Below, piece by piece: positions 7,149-13,588 of a DNA stretch of 42,263 nucleotides (position 1 is the first letter of the stretch; each line of letters starts with the position of its first letter). The position numbers and the translations under genes are program-made. The stretch covers positions 1-42,263 of the IMG/VR virus record IMGVR_UViG_3300045988_043105; one strand, given 5' to 3'. Origin of the DNA: a virus. The notes under the pieces were generated by a model, which worked only from the letters and a program-made list of their open reading frames with translations, had not been told where the DNA came from and searched no databases.

Positions 7149-7964
7149 ATGTCTTTGACAACCTCTGAAATGACCCCTGCCGATATCGCGGCGGTAACGG
7201 GCGGAAATCGCAACAACGGCGGCATGTTTGGAGACGGGAACGGCGCGTGGTGGATCATCGTTCTGTTCCTCTTCATGTTCTGCGGCTGGGGCGGCATGGG
7301 CTGGGGCGGCGGCTTCGGCAACAGCGGCGCAAATTCTCCGGGCTTCCAAGGCTACGCGACCCGCGCCGACATCAACGAAGGCTTTGCCATCAATGGCATT
7401 GACAACGGCATCCGCGCCATCCAGAACGGTCTTTGTGACAGCACCTACGCCATCACCAACGCCGTCAACGGCGGTTTCAGCGCGGCGGAGCTTTCCCGCG
7501 CCAACCAGCAGGCGGCGCTCATGCAGCAGCTCTTCACGATGCAGATGCAGCAGGCGAACTGCTGCTGCGAGACGCGCGAAGCGATTCAGGGTGTGAATTA
7601 CAATCTCGCTACTCAGGCTTGTGACACGCGCAACCAGATGCAGCAGGGCTTCTGCGCCATCCAGAACACGCTCAACAGCAACACCCGCGACGTGATCGAC
7701 AACCAGAACGCCAACAGCCGTGCGATTCTCGACTTCCTCACGCAGGACAAGATCGCAACGTTGCAGGCGGAAAACACCGATCTTCGCCGCGCCGCGTCGC
7801 AGGAGCGTCAGTCGGCGCTGCTGACCACGGAGATGGGGGCGCAGACTGCGCAGATCATCAACGCGCTGCGTCAGCCTGTAGCCATCCCTGCGTATCAGGT
7901 GCCGAACCCCTACACGGGCGGTTACGGTTATGGCTGCGCTGCTAACGCCGGCTGTAGCTGCTAA
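7149..7964 (+). CDS. Membrane protein: Gly/Trp-rich TM segment, Asn/Gln-rich body, multiple Cys (CCC; C-terminal GCAANAGCSC)
   Basis: ATG 7149 after a GAAAGGA RBS. The WWIIVLFLFMFCGWGGMGWGGGFGN segment resembles YjcZ-type Gly-rich membrane peptides. Confidence 0.6.
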   Translation: MSLTTSEMTPADIAAVTGGNRNNGGMFGDGNGAWWIIVLFLFMFCGWGGMGWGGGFGNSGANSPGFQGYATRADINEGFAINGIDNGIRAIQNGLCDSTYAITNAVNGGFSAAELSRANQQAALMQQLFTMQMQQANCCCETREAIQGVNYNLATQACDTRNQMQQGFCAIQNTLNSNTRDVIDNQNANSRAILDFLTQDKIATLQAENTDLRRAASQERQSALLTTEMGAQTAQIINALRQPVAIPAYQVPNPYTGGYGYGCAANAGCSC

Positions 7965-8030
7965 AATCGCATAAGAGATGCAACTGTTCGGCGCGACCGA
8001 GCTGTTCAGCCCTGAGCTGATTCTGCAACG

Positions 8031-8062
8031 ACGGCGGGGCGAATGTGTCCCGCCGTTTCTTA
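8031..8062 (+). terminator. Rho-independent terminator (weak U-tract)
   Basis: ACGGCGGG-10 nt-CCCGCCGT is a perfect 8-bp stem followed by TTCTTAT. Confidence 0.55.
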
Positions 8063-8078
8063 TGAAAGGAGATAATTT

Positions 8079-8501
8079 ATGGCTGAGTATACCAACGCCA
8101 GCACAGCACTTGTTGCGGCCGGCCAGAATCTACCGCTGACCGAAACGCCGATTTGCGGCTCTCCGTGCATCGTCCATCGAGAGGGCGCGGGAATCGTAAC
8201 ACTTCGCGGCCTGACGAACCAGTGCCGAGCGCGGTACTTTGTGGACTTCGCCGGGAACATTGCCATTCCGACCGGAGGAACGGTTGGGGCGATCTCCGTT
8301 GCGCTGGCGATAAACGGCGAGCCGCTGAATAGCGCCGTCGCTATCGTCACCCCTGCGGCGGTCGAGAACTATTTCAACGTTTCCGTATCCGCATTTGTCG
8401 ATGTGCCGCGTGGATGCTGCGTAACCGTCGCGCTGAAAAACATCAGTGCGCAAGCGATTGACGTTGCCAACGCAAACCTGATCGTCACGCGGCAGGCATG
8501 A
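8079..8501 (+). CDS. Small all-beta protein resembling the BclA C-terminal / C1q-TNF-like jelly-roll domain
   Basis: AAGGAGA RBS. The alternating beta pattern (IVHREGAGIVTL, RYFVDFAGNIAI, ISVALAINGEPL, VTVALKN, ANLIVTRQA) looks like exosporium BclA-C-type domains. Confidence 0.4.
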   Translation: MAEYTNASTALVAAGQNLPLTETPICGSPCIVHREGAGIVTLRGLTNQCRARYFVDFAGNIAIPTGGTVGAISVALAINGEPLNSAVAIVTPAAVENYFNVSVSAFVDVPRGCCVTVALKNISAQAIDVANANLIVTRQA

Positions 8502-8515
8502 GAAAGGAGAAAAAT

Positions 8516-8884
8516 ATGGGTATGAAAGCAATGCGCGACTTGCGCGATATGCTTTGCGATGAGCTGGACAAAATCGCCGCCAAGCGCGACATGAACCCCG
8601 GCGACCTTGAAACCGTTCACAAGCTGACCGACACCATCAAGAATATTGACAAAATCGAAATCCTTGAGGACGAAGGCTACAGCAACAGCGCGGAGTGGCG
8701 TGCTGACGTGCGCGGAAGCTATGGACGCAACGACCGACGCGGCGAACATTACGTGCGCGGGCATTACAGCCGCGACGACGGGCGTGAAAGCATGATGCGC
8801 AAAATGGAAGAGATTATGCGAGATGCGACCGGCGAACAGCGCGAAATCATCCGCCGCGCAATGGACGAGCTGCGCAACGCCTGA
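8516..8884 (+). CDS. Hypothetical charged protein (122 aa), Arg/Asp/Gly/Tyr-rich centre
   Basis: AAAGGAGA RBS before ATG 8516 (the track start 8498 is in frame). Confidence 0.6.
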   Translation: MGMKAMRDLRDMLCDELDKIAAKRDMNPGDLETVHKLTDTIKNIDKIEILEDEGYSNSAEWRADVRGSYGRNDRRGEHYVRGHYSRDDGRESMMRKMEEIMRDATGEQREIIRRAMDELRNA

Positions 8885-8900
8885 CAGGCGGTGAGCAGCA

Positions 8901-9239
8901 TTGATCGACCTGAAAGAGATCGACGAAACCATCACCAAGATCAAGCGCGAAGGGACGAGCGTAAAAGACGCTGAACGTCTGGCGGTGCTGTACGGTCTTC
9001 GGGCGCACATGGCGAGTGAATCTGTGCAGGATGTGAAGGAAGCGCCCGCTTCGGCGTACTCGATGGCGGCAGAGCCGGAAAGCGAGTTCCGCGCTGCGTG
9101 TGCAGGCTTGTCATCTGCCGAGCTTGTCGATGCGCTGGAAGACACGATTCAGGGCTTGCAGATCGTCGCGCCGAAGGCATACGCGGCGGCAATCCGAAAA
9201 CTGAAAACGCGCCCAGATGAGCAAAGAGGTCGGGGATAA
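8901..9239 (+). CDS. Hypothetical protein (112 aa), last gene before attP
   Basis: TTG start. Its stop codon lies in the loop of the terminator at 9227-9256. Confidence 0.5.
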   Translation: MIDLKEIDETITKIKREGTSVKDAERLAVLYGLRAHMASESVQDVKEAPASAYSMAAEPESEFRAACAGLSSAELVDALEDTIQGLQIVAPKAYAAAIRKLKTRPDEQRGRG

Positions 9240-9256
9240 ATCCTCGACCTTTTTTG
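9227..9256 (+). terminator. Rho-independent terminator ending the accessory block
   Basis: AGGTCGGGGA-taaa-TCCTCGACCT is a 10-bp stem with one G-U pair, followed by T6. Confidence 0.8.
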
Positions 9257-9281
9257 CGTGTGAATTATCGTGTGAAATGAT
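9257..9281 (+). repeat. attP arm-type repeat pair (CGTGTGAAttatCGTGTGAAATGAT)
   Basis: Tandem CGTGTGAA units. Near-identical to 9476-9500 in the same orientation, and together they flank the tRNA-derived core. Confidence 0.6.
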
Positions 9282-9351
9282 TTTGAAAATGGTTGCACTC
9301 TTGTGGGAAAGAAGTACACGAAACGAGCAAAATTTTACACGCGAAAAATTA

Positions 9352-9396
9352 GAGGATAAAAGAAAAAATCCAGAAACCTTTACGGCTTCTGGATTT
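9352..9396 (-). terminator. Minus-strand terminator directly downstream of the tRNA 3' fragment
   Basis: AAATCCAGAA / TTCTGGATTT is a 10-bp stem with an 11-nt loop. On the minus strand it is followed by TTTTTTCTTTT. Confidence 0.7.
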
Positions 9397-9403
9397 CCTG
9401 TTT

Positions 9404-9431
9404 GGTGCGGTAGATGGGACTTGAACCCATT
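9404..9431 (-). other. attP core: 3' portion of a tRNA gene (T-arm + acceptor + encoded CCA), not a full tRNA
   Basis: The minus strand reads ATGGG-TTCAAGT-CCCAT-CTACCGC-A-CCA. No matching 5' acceptor (GCGGTAG) occurs within 100 nt. It lies 82 nt from the integrase 3' end. Confidence 0.7.
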
Positions 9432-9475
9432 GTATACGACTATTTTTCATTGTATTTACTAGCTTTTTTATTTTT

Positions 9476-9500
9476 CGTGTGAAATTTCGTGTGAAATGAT
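9476..9500 (+). repeat. attP arm-type repeat pair (CGTGTGAAatttCGTGTGAAATGAT)
   Basis: Second copy of the 25-nt unit at 9257-9281. It lies between the core and the int stop. Confidence 0.6.
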
Positions 9501-9512
9501 GCTCAAAAACGG

Positions 9513-10628
9513 CTATTTTTTCGCCGAAACAGACCCGTACAAGGCTGCTGTTCCAGCCGCCATTTTGGCGTTGACCTCTTCCTGCCGTTCGCGGAAAAGC
9601 TCGACGTACACCTGATGGGAGAAGGCGGACGTTGAATGACCCATGACGCGGGCAAGCTCTTCCTCGGACGCACCGGAGTAGGCGACGGATGTTGCGAAAA
9701 AGTGCCTCAAATCGTAAAAGCGCATCTTTTCTGGAAGCTCCAGTGCCGCTCTGCATTTTTTCCACCTGTAGTCAACGAGCATCGGCTTTAACGTCAGTAT
9801 TTGGTCACAGTCAGCACCTCGCGGCTTGCAATCGTACAGATTTTGGAAGAAAGACCAATCGAGACGAAGCACCCGCTCTCCTGCATCTGTTTTTGTGACG
9901 TTTTTTCCGACATATGCGCTGGATTCATCGCGCACCGTGGCTTTGTCAATGCTCAAAAGCCCCATCTTGTAGACCCTTCCATCTCTGCTGATTGCGGAGA
10001 CGGGTTCAGCGGACAGATCACCCCACGTCAAAGCGTATGCCTCAGATGGGCGTAAACCTGCGCTCACGATGAAGCAGCAATAAAGGTAGAAATCCACTTC
10101 CCAATGCTCTTTGGCGTAGGTCAGCACGTCTCGCGCCCAGCCCTCAGAAAAAAGCTGTTTCTTCGATTTTCGGCGTTTGGCTATGACGACGCCAGACAGA
10201 TTCAGATCGGGGGCGTATTTTCCCAAAACTGAGCGCAAGAAGTAAAATTCATTCCGAACCGTTTTCACGGAATGATCTTTAGCTCTTGTGTCAATCGCCT
10301 TTTGGATATCTCGCTCTGTGATTTGATCTAAGCGCAAAGAGACAAGTGCTGGAAAGCCATTTGCCCGTATCGAGACATACGCCGGAATCGTAGACGGCGA
10401 ATAGCCCTGCACCCTACAAGTATCTATAAACTCGTCCATCGCCTGACCGAGCGTCAGCGTTTGCTTCTTCTTCCTCTTGCGATCGGCAGCGGCGACGGCG
10501 GCGAGACGTTCAGATTCGCGGGCAGTCGATGCGGTAAAGGATTCGACGATGGGCTTTCCCGCCGCATCACTGCCGAGGTAAACCTGTGTTCGCCAGTTAC
10601 CGGAAGGCAGCTTTTTGGCTTTTGCCAT
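9513..10628 (-). CDS. int: Tyrosine recombinase / phage integrase
   Basis: The N-terminus MAKAKKLPSGNWRTQVYLG is an arm-binding type. The C-terminal YDLRHFFAT...MGHSTSAFSHQVYVE carries the R..H.R..Y catalytic pattern. AAGGGGGA RBS. Confidence 0.9.
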   Translation of the reverse strand: MAKAKKLPSGNWRTQVYLGSDAAGKPIVESFTASTARESERLAAVAAADRKRKKKQTLTLGQAMDEFIDTCRVQGYSPSTIPAYVSIRANGFPALVSLRLDQITERDIQKAIDTRAKDHSVKTVRNEFYFLRSVLGKYAPDLNLSGVVIAKRRKSKKQLFSEGWARDVLTYAKEHWEVDFYLYCCFIVSAGLRPSEAYALTWGDLSAEPVSAISRDGRVYKMGLLSIDKATVRDESSAYVGKNVTKTDAGERVLRLDWSFFQNLYDCKPRGADCDQILTLKPMLVDYRWKKCRAALELPEKMRFYDLRHFFATSVAYSGASEEELARVMGHSTSAFSHQVYVELFRERQEEVNAKMAAGTAALYGSVSAKK

Positions 10629-10672
10629 AAAAAATCCCCCTTTTGATAATTATTTGATAGTATATTCTACGG

Positions 10673-10999
10673 ATGGCCGAATATACTAAAAAGCAGAAAG
10701 GCGGTGAACACATGAAAGATGTGAATCGAATGTTTGCGTTGCGTCTCCCGGAGGCCATGCTTGAGGAGAACGAAATGCACGCGGATGAAAACACAATCGT
10801 GCTTGCAATCGTGGAGAATCTGCGAGCTTGCTTGAAGGGGCTCCCGGAAGAACTTACGCACGAGCAAAAGAAGATGGCTTTTAACAGAGCGATCGAATGC
10901 TTTAAGACGGAAAATTGTTTCGGCAATTCGTCCTCTCTTGAGGATTACGGCATCGCATTCACGCACCCACCGGTACCATGTTGCCCCATGAAAGGCTAA
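10673..10999 (+). CDS. Hypothetical protein divergent from int (start uncertain: 10673 or 10712)
   Basis: ORF in the low-GC region. No HTH recognised, so an excisionase role is not supported. Confidence 0.45.
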   Translation: MAEYTKKQKGGEHMKDVNRMFALRLPEAMLEENEMHADENTIVLAIVENLRACLKGLPEELTHEQKKMAFNRAIECFKTENCFGNSSSLEDYGIAFTHPPVPCCPMKG

Positions 11000-11009
11000 A
11001 ACGAAAAGA

Positions 11010-11036
11010 CGCGCCCATCAGGACGCGCCTTTTTTT
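11010..11036. terminator. Bidirectional intrinsic terminator between convergent genes
   Basis: CGCGcCC-atca-GGaCGCG with T7 on the + side and a T-rich run on the - side. Confidence 0.55.
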
Positions 11037-11054
11037 GTCGCTCAGCGCGACCTT

Positions 11055-11080
11055 ATGTTTTGCCGACGTCGACAAAACAT
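11055..11080. repeat. 26-bp near-perfect palindrome
   Basis: ATGTTTTGcCGACGTCGaCAAAACAT, lying between the terminator and the stop of the minus-strand gene. Confidence 0.6.
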
Positions 11081-11102
11081 CGCTTGTTTTCATTCCAAGC
11101 GA

Positions 11103-11492
11103 TTAGAAACCAAGCCCCTTATAGGTGGAGAAATCCAATGTGCCGGACGTTGAGACGATATCCCCGTCTTTAAGAGTCAGCTTGCCAACGACCGGGTCTG
11201 TGCTTGTCAGATGATATGCAGATTCAAAGCCGTTCACGTAAAGTGTTACCATAGAACTTTTTGTGCTGCTTGTAATAGTGTAGTTTCCGGCTGGAATATC
11301 ACTTCCAACGGTGTATTCACCAGCGGGGACAGATACGCACTTAAATTCTTCACGGCTTACAACTTCTTCGAGGATTTGGCTTTGCAAATCGACAAGCTCA
11401 TCAAAGGACATACTCTTCAGATCAACTTCGGCCATTGCAACTCCGGCAGATAACATCATGCCCGCCAATACGATAGCAAGTTTCTTTTTCAC
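11103..11492 (-). CDS. Secreted/exported small protein with a signal peptide (129 aa)
   Basis: GTG start after a GGAGGG RBS. MKKKLAIVLAGMMLSAGVAMA is signal-peptide-like, and the PAGEYTVGSDIPAGNYTI repeats are typical of small Firmicutes exported proteins. Confidence 0.7.
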   Translation of the reverse strand: MKKKLAIVLAGMMLSAGVAMAEVDLKSMSFDELVDLQSQILEEVVSREEFKCVSVPAGEYTVGSDIPAGNYTITSSTKSSMVTLYVNGFESAYHLTSTDPVVGKLTLKDGDIVSTSGTLDFSTYKGLGF

Positions 11493-11839
11493 GACTGAAT
11501 CCCTCCATTTTCTTTATTCAGAATCTTTCCGATTCTAACGTAACCGATAAAGCCCAAAATGATTTCCGGGATGCAAAGTTCCGCGTACATGGTAAACATC
11601 ACGGCGGCGACGCAAAACATGATTGCGGCAGTCAGCGCCATTCCGCGCTTATTATTAAAGAAGGCAATCCATGCAAAAATTGAACCCAGTACGCACATCA
11701 GCATGTGGGGAGTTACCATCATCGTGGCGATAGAGCCGCCAATCGAACCAGCCGCAGTATCTGCAAAATACGCCAACAGATAAATCGAGTACAGCGTTCC
11801 AAGCGCGGCACAAAGGAACTCAGTTTTTGACCTTCTCAT
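11489..11839 (-). CDS. Integral membrane protein (about 116 aa, 3-4 TM)
   Basis: ATG 11839 with an AAGGAAGGG RBS (the track TTG 11890 is in frame). GTGA overlap with the downstream gene. Confidence 0.65.
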   Translation of the reverse strand: MRRSKTEFLCAALGTLYSIYLLAYFADTAAGSIGGSIATMMVTPHMLMCVLGSIFAWIAFFNNKRGMALTAAIMFCVAAVMFTMYAELCIPEIILGFIGYVRIGKILNKENGGIQS

Positions 11840-12054
11840 TGTTTTAGCCCTTCCTTTATTCTTTTTTTGTGCATTTGTGCATAAAATCAATCATAACGAC
11901 TGTGGAGGTGCGTCATGATTATTGTCATCATCATCTATCCGAAGCCGACAAAACAAATTTTCGTCATGCCGCCGCCGGAGAGGGTAAGCAACAAACCAAA
12001 TTGAACCGTTTGCGTCAGCACGTTTGCGCGTGACTATTAGACGAGGTGATTACT

Positions 12055-12234
12055 ATGCAAACAACAAAAGCTGAGGCAAAAAAGGTAAAAATGATTTTGA
12101 ATGATCGGGAATATCGTTCGTTGTTGCTTTTTAGGACGCTGACCCCTGGCCAGCAAAAGTATTTTCTGACTTTGGAAAGCCGTATATCAAAAGTTCATCC
12201 GAAAGCCGACGACCTTCATCTGATGAAGCCCTAA
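12055..12234 (+). CDS. Possible small protein (59 aa) converging on and overlapping the repressor 3' end
   Basis: GAGGTGA RBS 6 nt before ATG 12055. It overlaps the minus-strand repressor gene by about 100 nt, so only one of the two tails may be real. Confidence 0.3.
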   Translation: MQTTKAEAKKVKMILNDREYRSLLLFRTLTPGQQKYFLTLESRISKVHPKADDLHLMKP

Positions 12235-12496
12235 AATTCATTAAGTGTCGGTATTCTTCATCCGAAAGCTCGCATGTATGACATGTGGGCTTTTTTGTGT
12301 CTTTTGGGTTATCGGTCAAAAGATAATCGATGGTAACGCCGAAACAATCTGCGATTTTTCGCAGCATTGCAATATCCGGTTCAGCTTTGCCATTCTCATA
12401 CAGGCTTATCGTCGATTCAGAAACGCCCATCAGGTTTCCGAGCTGCTTCATGGTCATTCCAGCAGCCTTGCGCAATGCACGAATATTATTAGTCAT
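12131..12496 (-). CDS. CI-like lysogeny repressor (XRE HTH)
   Basis: MTNNIRALRKAAGMTMKQLGNLMGVSESTISLYENGKAEP is an XRE HTH. AAGGAG RBS. Divergent from a Cro-like gene across an operator-rich region. Confidence 0.8.
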   Translation of the reverse strand: MTNNIRALRKAAGMTMKQLGNLMGVSESTISLYENGKAEPDIAMLRKIADCFGVTIDYLLTDNPKDTKKPTCHTCELSDEEYRHLMNFRASSDEGRRLSDELLIYGFPKSENTFAGQGSAS

Positions 12497-12648
12497 ATGC
12501 TGAAATCTCCTTTTTTTATTATTATAAACTTGATTTTTCCTCAAGTAAATAGGCTTGAAAAAAACTCAAGAAAATTACTAAAAACGCTTGACTGTTGCTC
12601 AAGGATGATGTATACTTGAGTAAAGTTAAAGAAAAAGGAGGTTACAGC
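12497..12648. promoter_or_regulatory. Genetic switch: divergent promoters plus repeated CTTGA/CTCAAG operator half-sites
   Basis: The + promoter is TTGACT 12588-12593, 17 nt, TATACT 12611-12616. The - promoter has a TATAAT -10 (plus-strand 12521-12526) and a TTTACT -35 (12544-12549). Inverted repeats: ACTTGA-n7-TCAAGT (12528-12546), CTTGA-n6-CTCAAG (12554-12570 and 12587-12603), CTCAAG-n11-CTTGAG (12598-12620). Confidence 0.75.
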
Positions 12649-12834
12649 TTGAGATTAAAGCAAGTGCTTGAAAAATATGGACTGTCGCAAAAAGATTTGG
12701 CGCAAATGCTGGGTTTAACTGAATCCGCTGTTAGCCGAATCGTCAGCGGCGAGATTGAATTGCGCATCAAGCACGCAAAAGTCATAGGAAAGCGGTTGGG
12801 GTTTGATTGGAAGCAGTTGTATCCCGACAAGTAA
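12649..12834 (+). CDS. Cro-like HTH regulator (61 aa)
   Basis: AAGGAGG lies 7 nt before TTG 12649. LKQVLEKYGLSQKDLAQMLGLTESAVSRIVSGE is an HTH. Confidence 0.7.
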   Translation: MRLKQVLEKYGLSQKDLAQMLGLTESAVSRIVSGEIELRIKHAKVIGKRLGFDWKQLYPDK

Positions 12835-12846
12835 GGAGGTTTGACC

Positions 12847-13116
12847 ATGAAAAAGCGCCAGCGGAATTGGGACGCGGAAGACGATCTCTTCCGGCGGCAG
12901 GTTGGTCAGCTCTGCGGCGTGTCCGGCATGAGCAAGACCGAGCTGGCGCTGAACCTCGGCGTCTCCACAAAGACGCTGTACAACCGGATCAACCACCCGG
13001 AAACGCTGACCAAGCTGGAAGAACGCAGGTTGTACGAGCTGATGCAGGCCGAAGGGCTTGAGTATCAGGCAGGGTTTGACGGCGTGGCGTTGCCGCGCTT
13101 GAGAATCGCAAGGTAA
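12847..13116 (+). CDS. HTH protein (89 aa); possible early regulator or excisionase candidate
   Basis: AAGGAGG RBS before ATG 12847. MSKTELALNLGVSTKTLYNRINHPE is an HTH. Confidence 0.6.
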   Translation: MKKRQRNWDAEDDLFRRQVGQLCGVSGMSKTELALNLGVSTKTLYNRINHPETLTKLEERRLYELMQAEGLEYQAGFDGVALPRLRIAR

Positions 13117-13204
13117 AAAAAGAACCGCCCGTGCAGCAACACGAGCGGAAGCCAATGGAAAATTTAAACCATATCTATTATAGCACGGAAAGGATGAAAT
13201 ATCA

Positions 13205-13369
13205 ATGCTTAAAGCGCAGTTTATCGGATTCTTCGCCCGGCTGCTTGAAGGGCTGGGCATGGTGCTTGCGTATGCGCTGGCGGTTGGCGTGGTTGGTGCG
13301 GCGCTGCTGCTGGTGTGCTGCATCCTCGCGGAAATGGACAAGGACAAGGAGGGAAAGAAGGATGTGTGA
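13205..13369 (+). CDS. Possible small TM protein (54 aa)
   Basis: MLKAQFIGFFARLLEGLGMVLAYALAVGVVGAALLLVCCILAEMDKDKEGKKDV. Its stop overlaps ATG 13362. Confidence 0.4.
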   Translation: MLKAQFIGFFARLLEGLGMVLAYALAVGVVGAALLLVCCILAEMDKDKEGKKDV

Positions 13370-13586
13370 TATCTGCCACAGCTTCCCGTGCCTGAGCGGT
13401 TGTCCGAACGCTGAACCCGATGTGCCTGTATGTCAGTGCAGCAGGTGCAAGACTGCGATCTATGAGGGCAATAAAATCGCGGAGATCGGCAACAAGATTT
13501 TGTGCGAGGATTGCGCCGACAGCATCAGCACGACAGAGTGGCTTGAGCTGCTCGGCACCGGATGGACGTTTGCGGAGGCGATTTGA
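13362..13586 (+). CDS. Small Cys-rich (zinc-ribbon-like) protein (74 aa)
   Basis: GGAGGGAAAGAAGG RBS. CDIC...C..C and C.CSRC...CEDC motifs. The track ORF 13131 is an implausible N-terminal extension. Confidence 0.6.
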   Translation: MCDICHSFPCLSGCPNAEPDVPVCQCSRCKTAIYEGNKIAEIGNKILCEDCADSISTTEWLELLGTGWTFAEAI

Positions 13587-13588
13587 AA

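Noticed and set aside
7228-7596. 122-aa alternative-frame ORF inside the Gly/Trp-rich membrane protein gene. Similar nested same-strand ORFs lie at 2247-2447, 6373-6658, 12807-13061 and 13881-14231.
   Set aside because: These off-frame ORFs are Ala/Arg/Ser-rich, as expected in GC-rich genes. They have no RBS and are fully nested in better-supported frames.
9217-9462. 81-aa + ORF and the 138-aa minus ORF (9349-9765) spanning the attP region.
   Set aside because: They cross two terminators, the tRNA fragment and the arm repeats. They have no RBS and their composition is implausible.
13131-13361. N-terminal 77 codons of the track ORF 13131-13586.
   Set aside because: This part is Trp/Arg/Cys-rich and nonsense-like. 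A strong RBS precedes the internal ATG 13362, and a different frame holds a plausible TM micro-protein (13205-13369).
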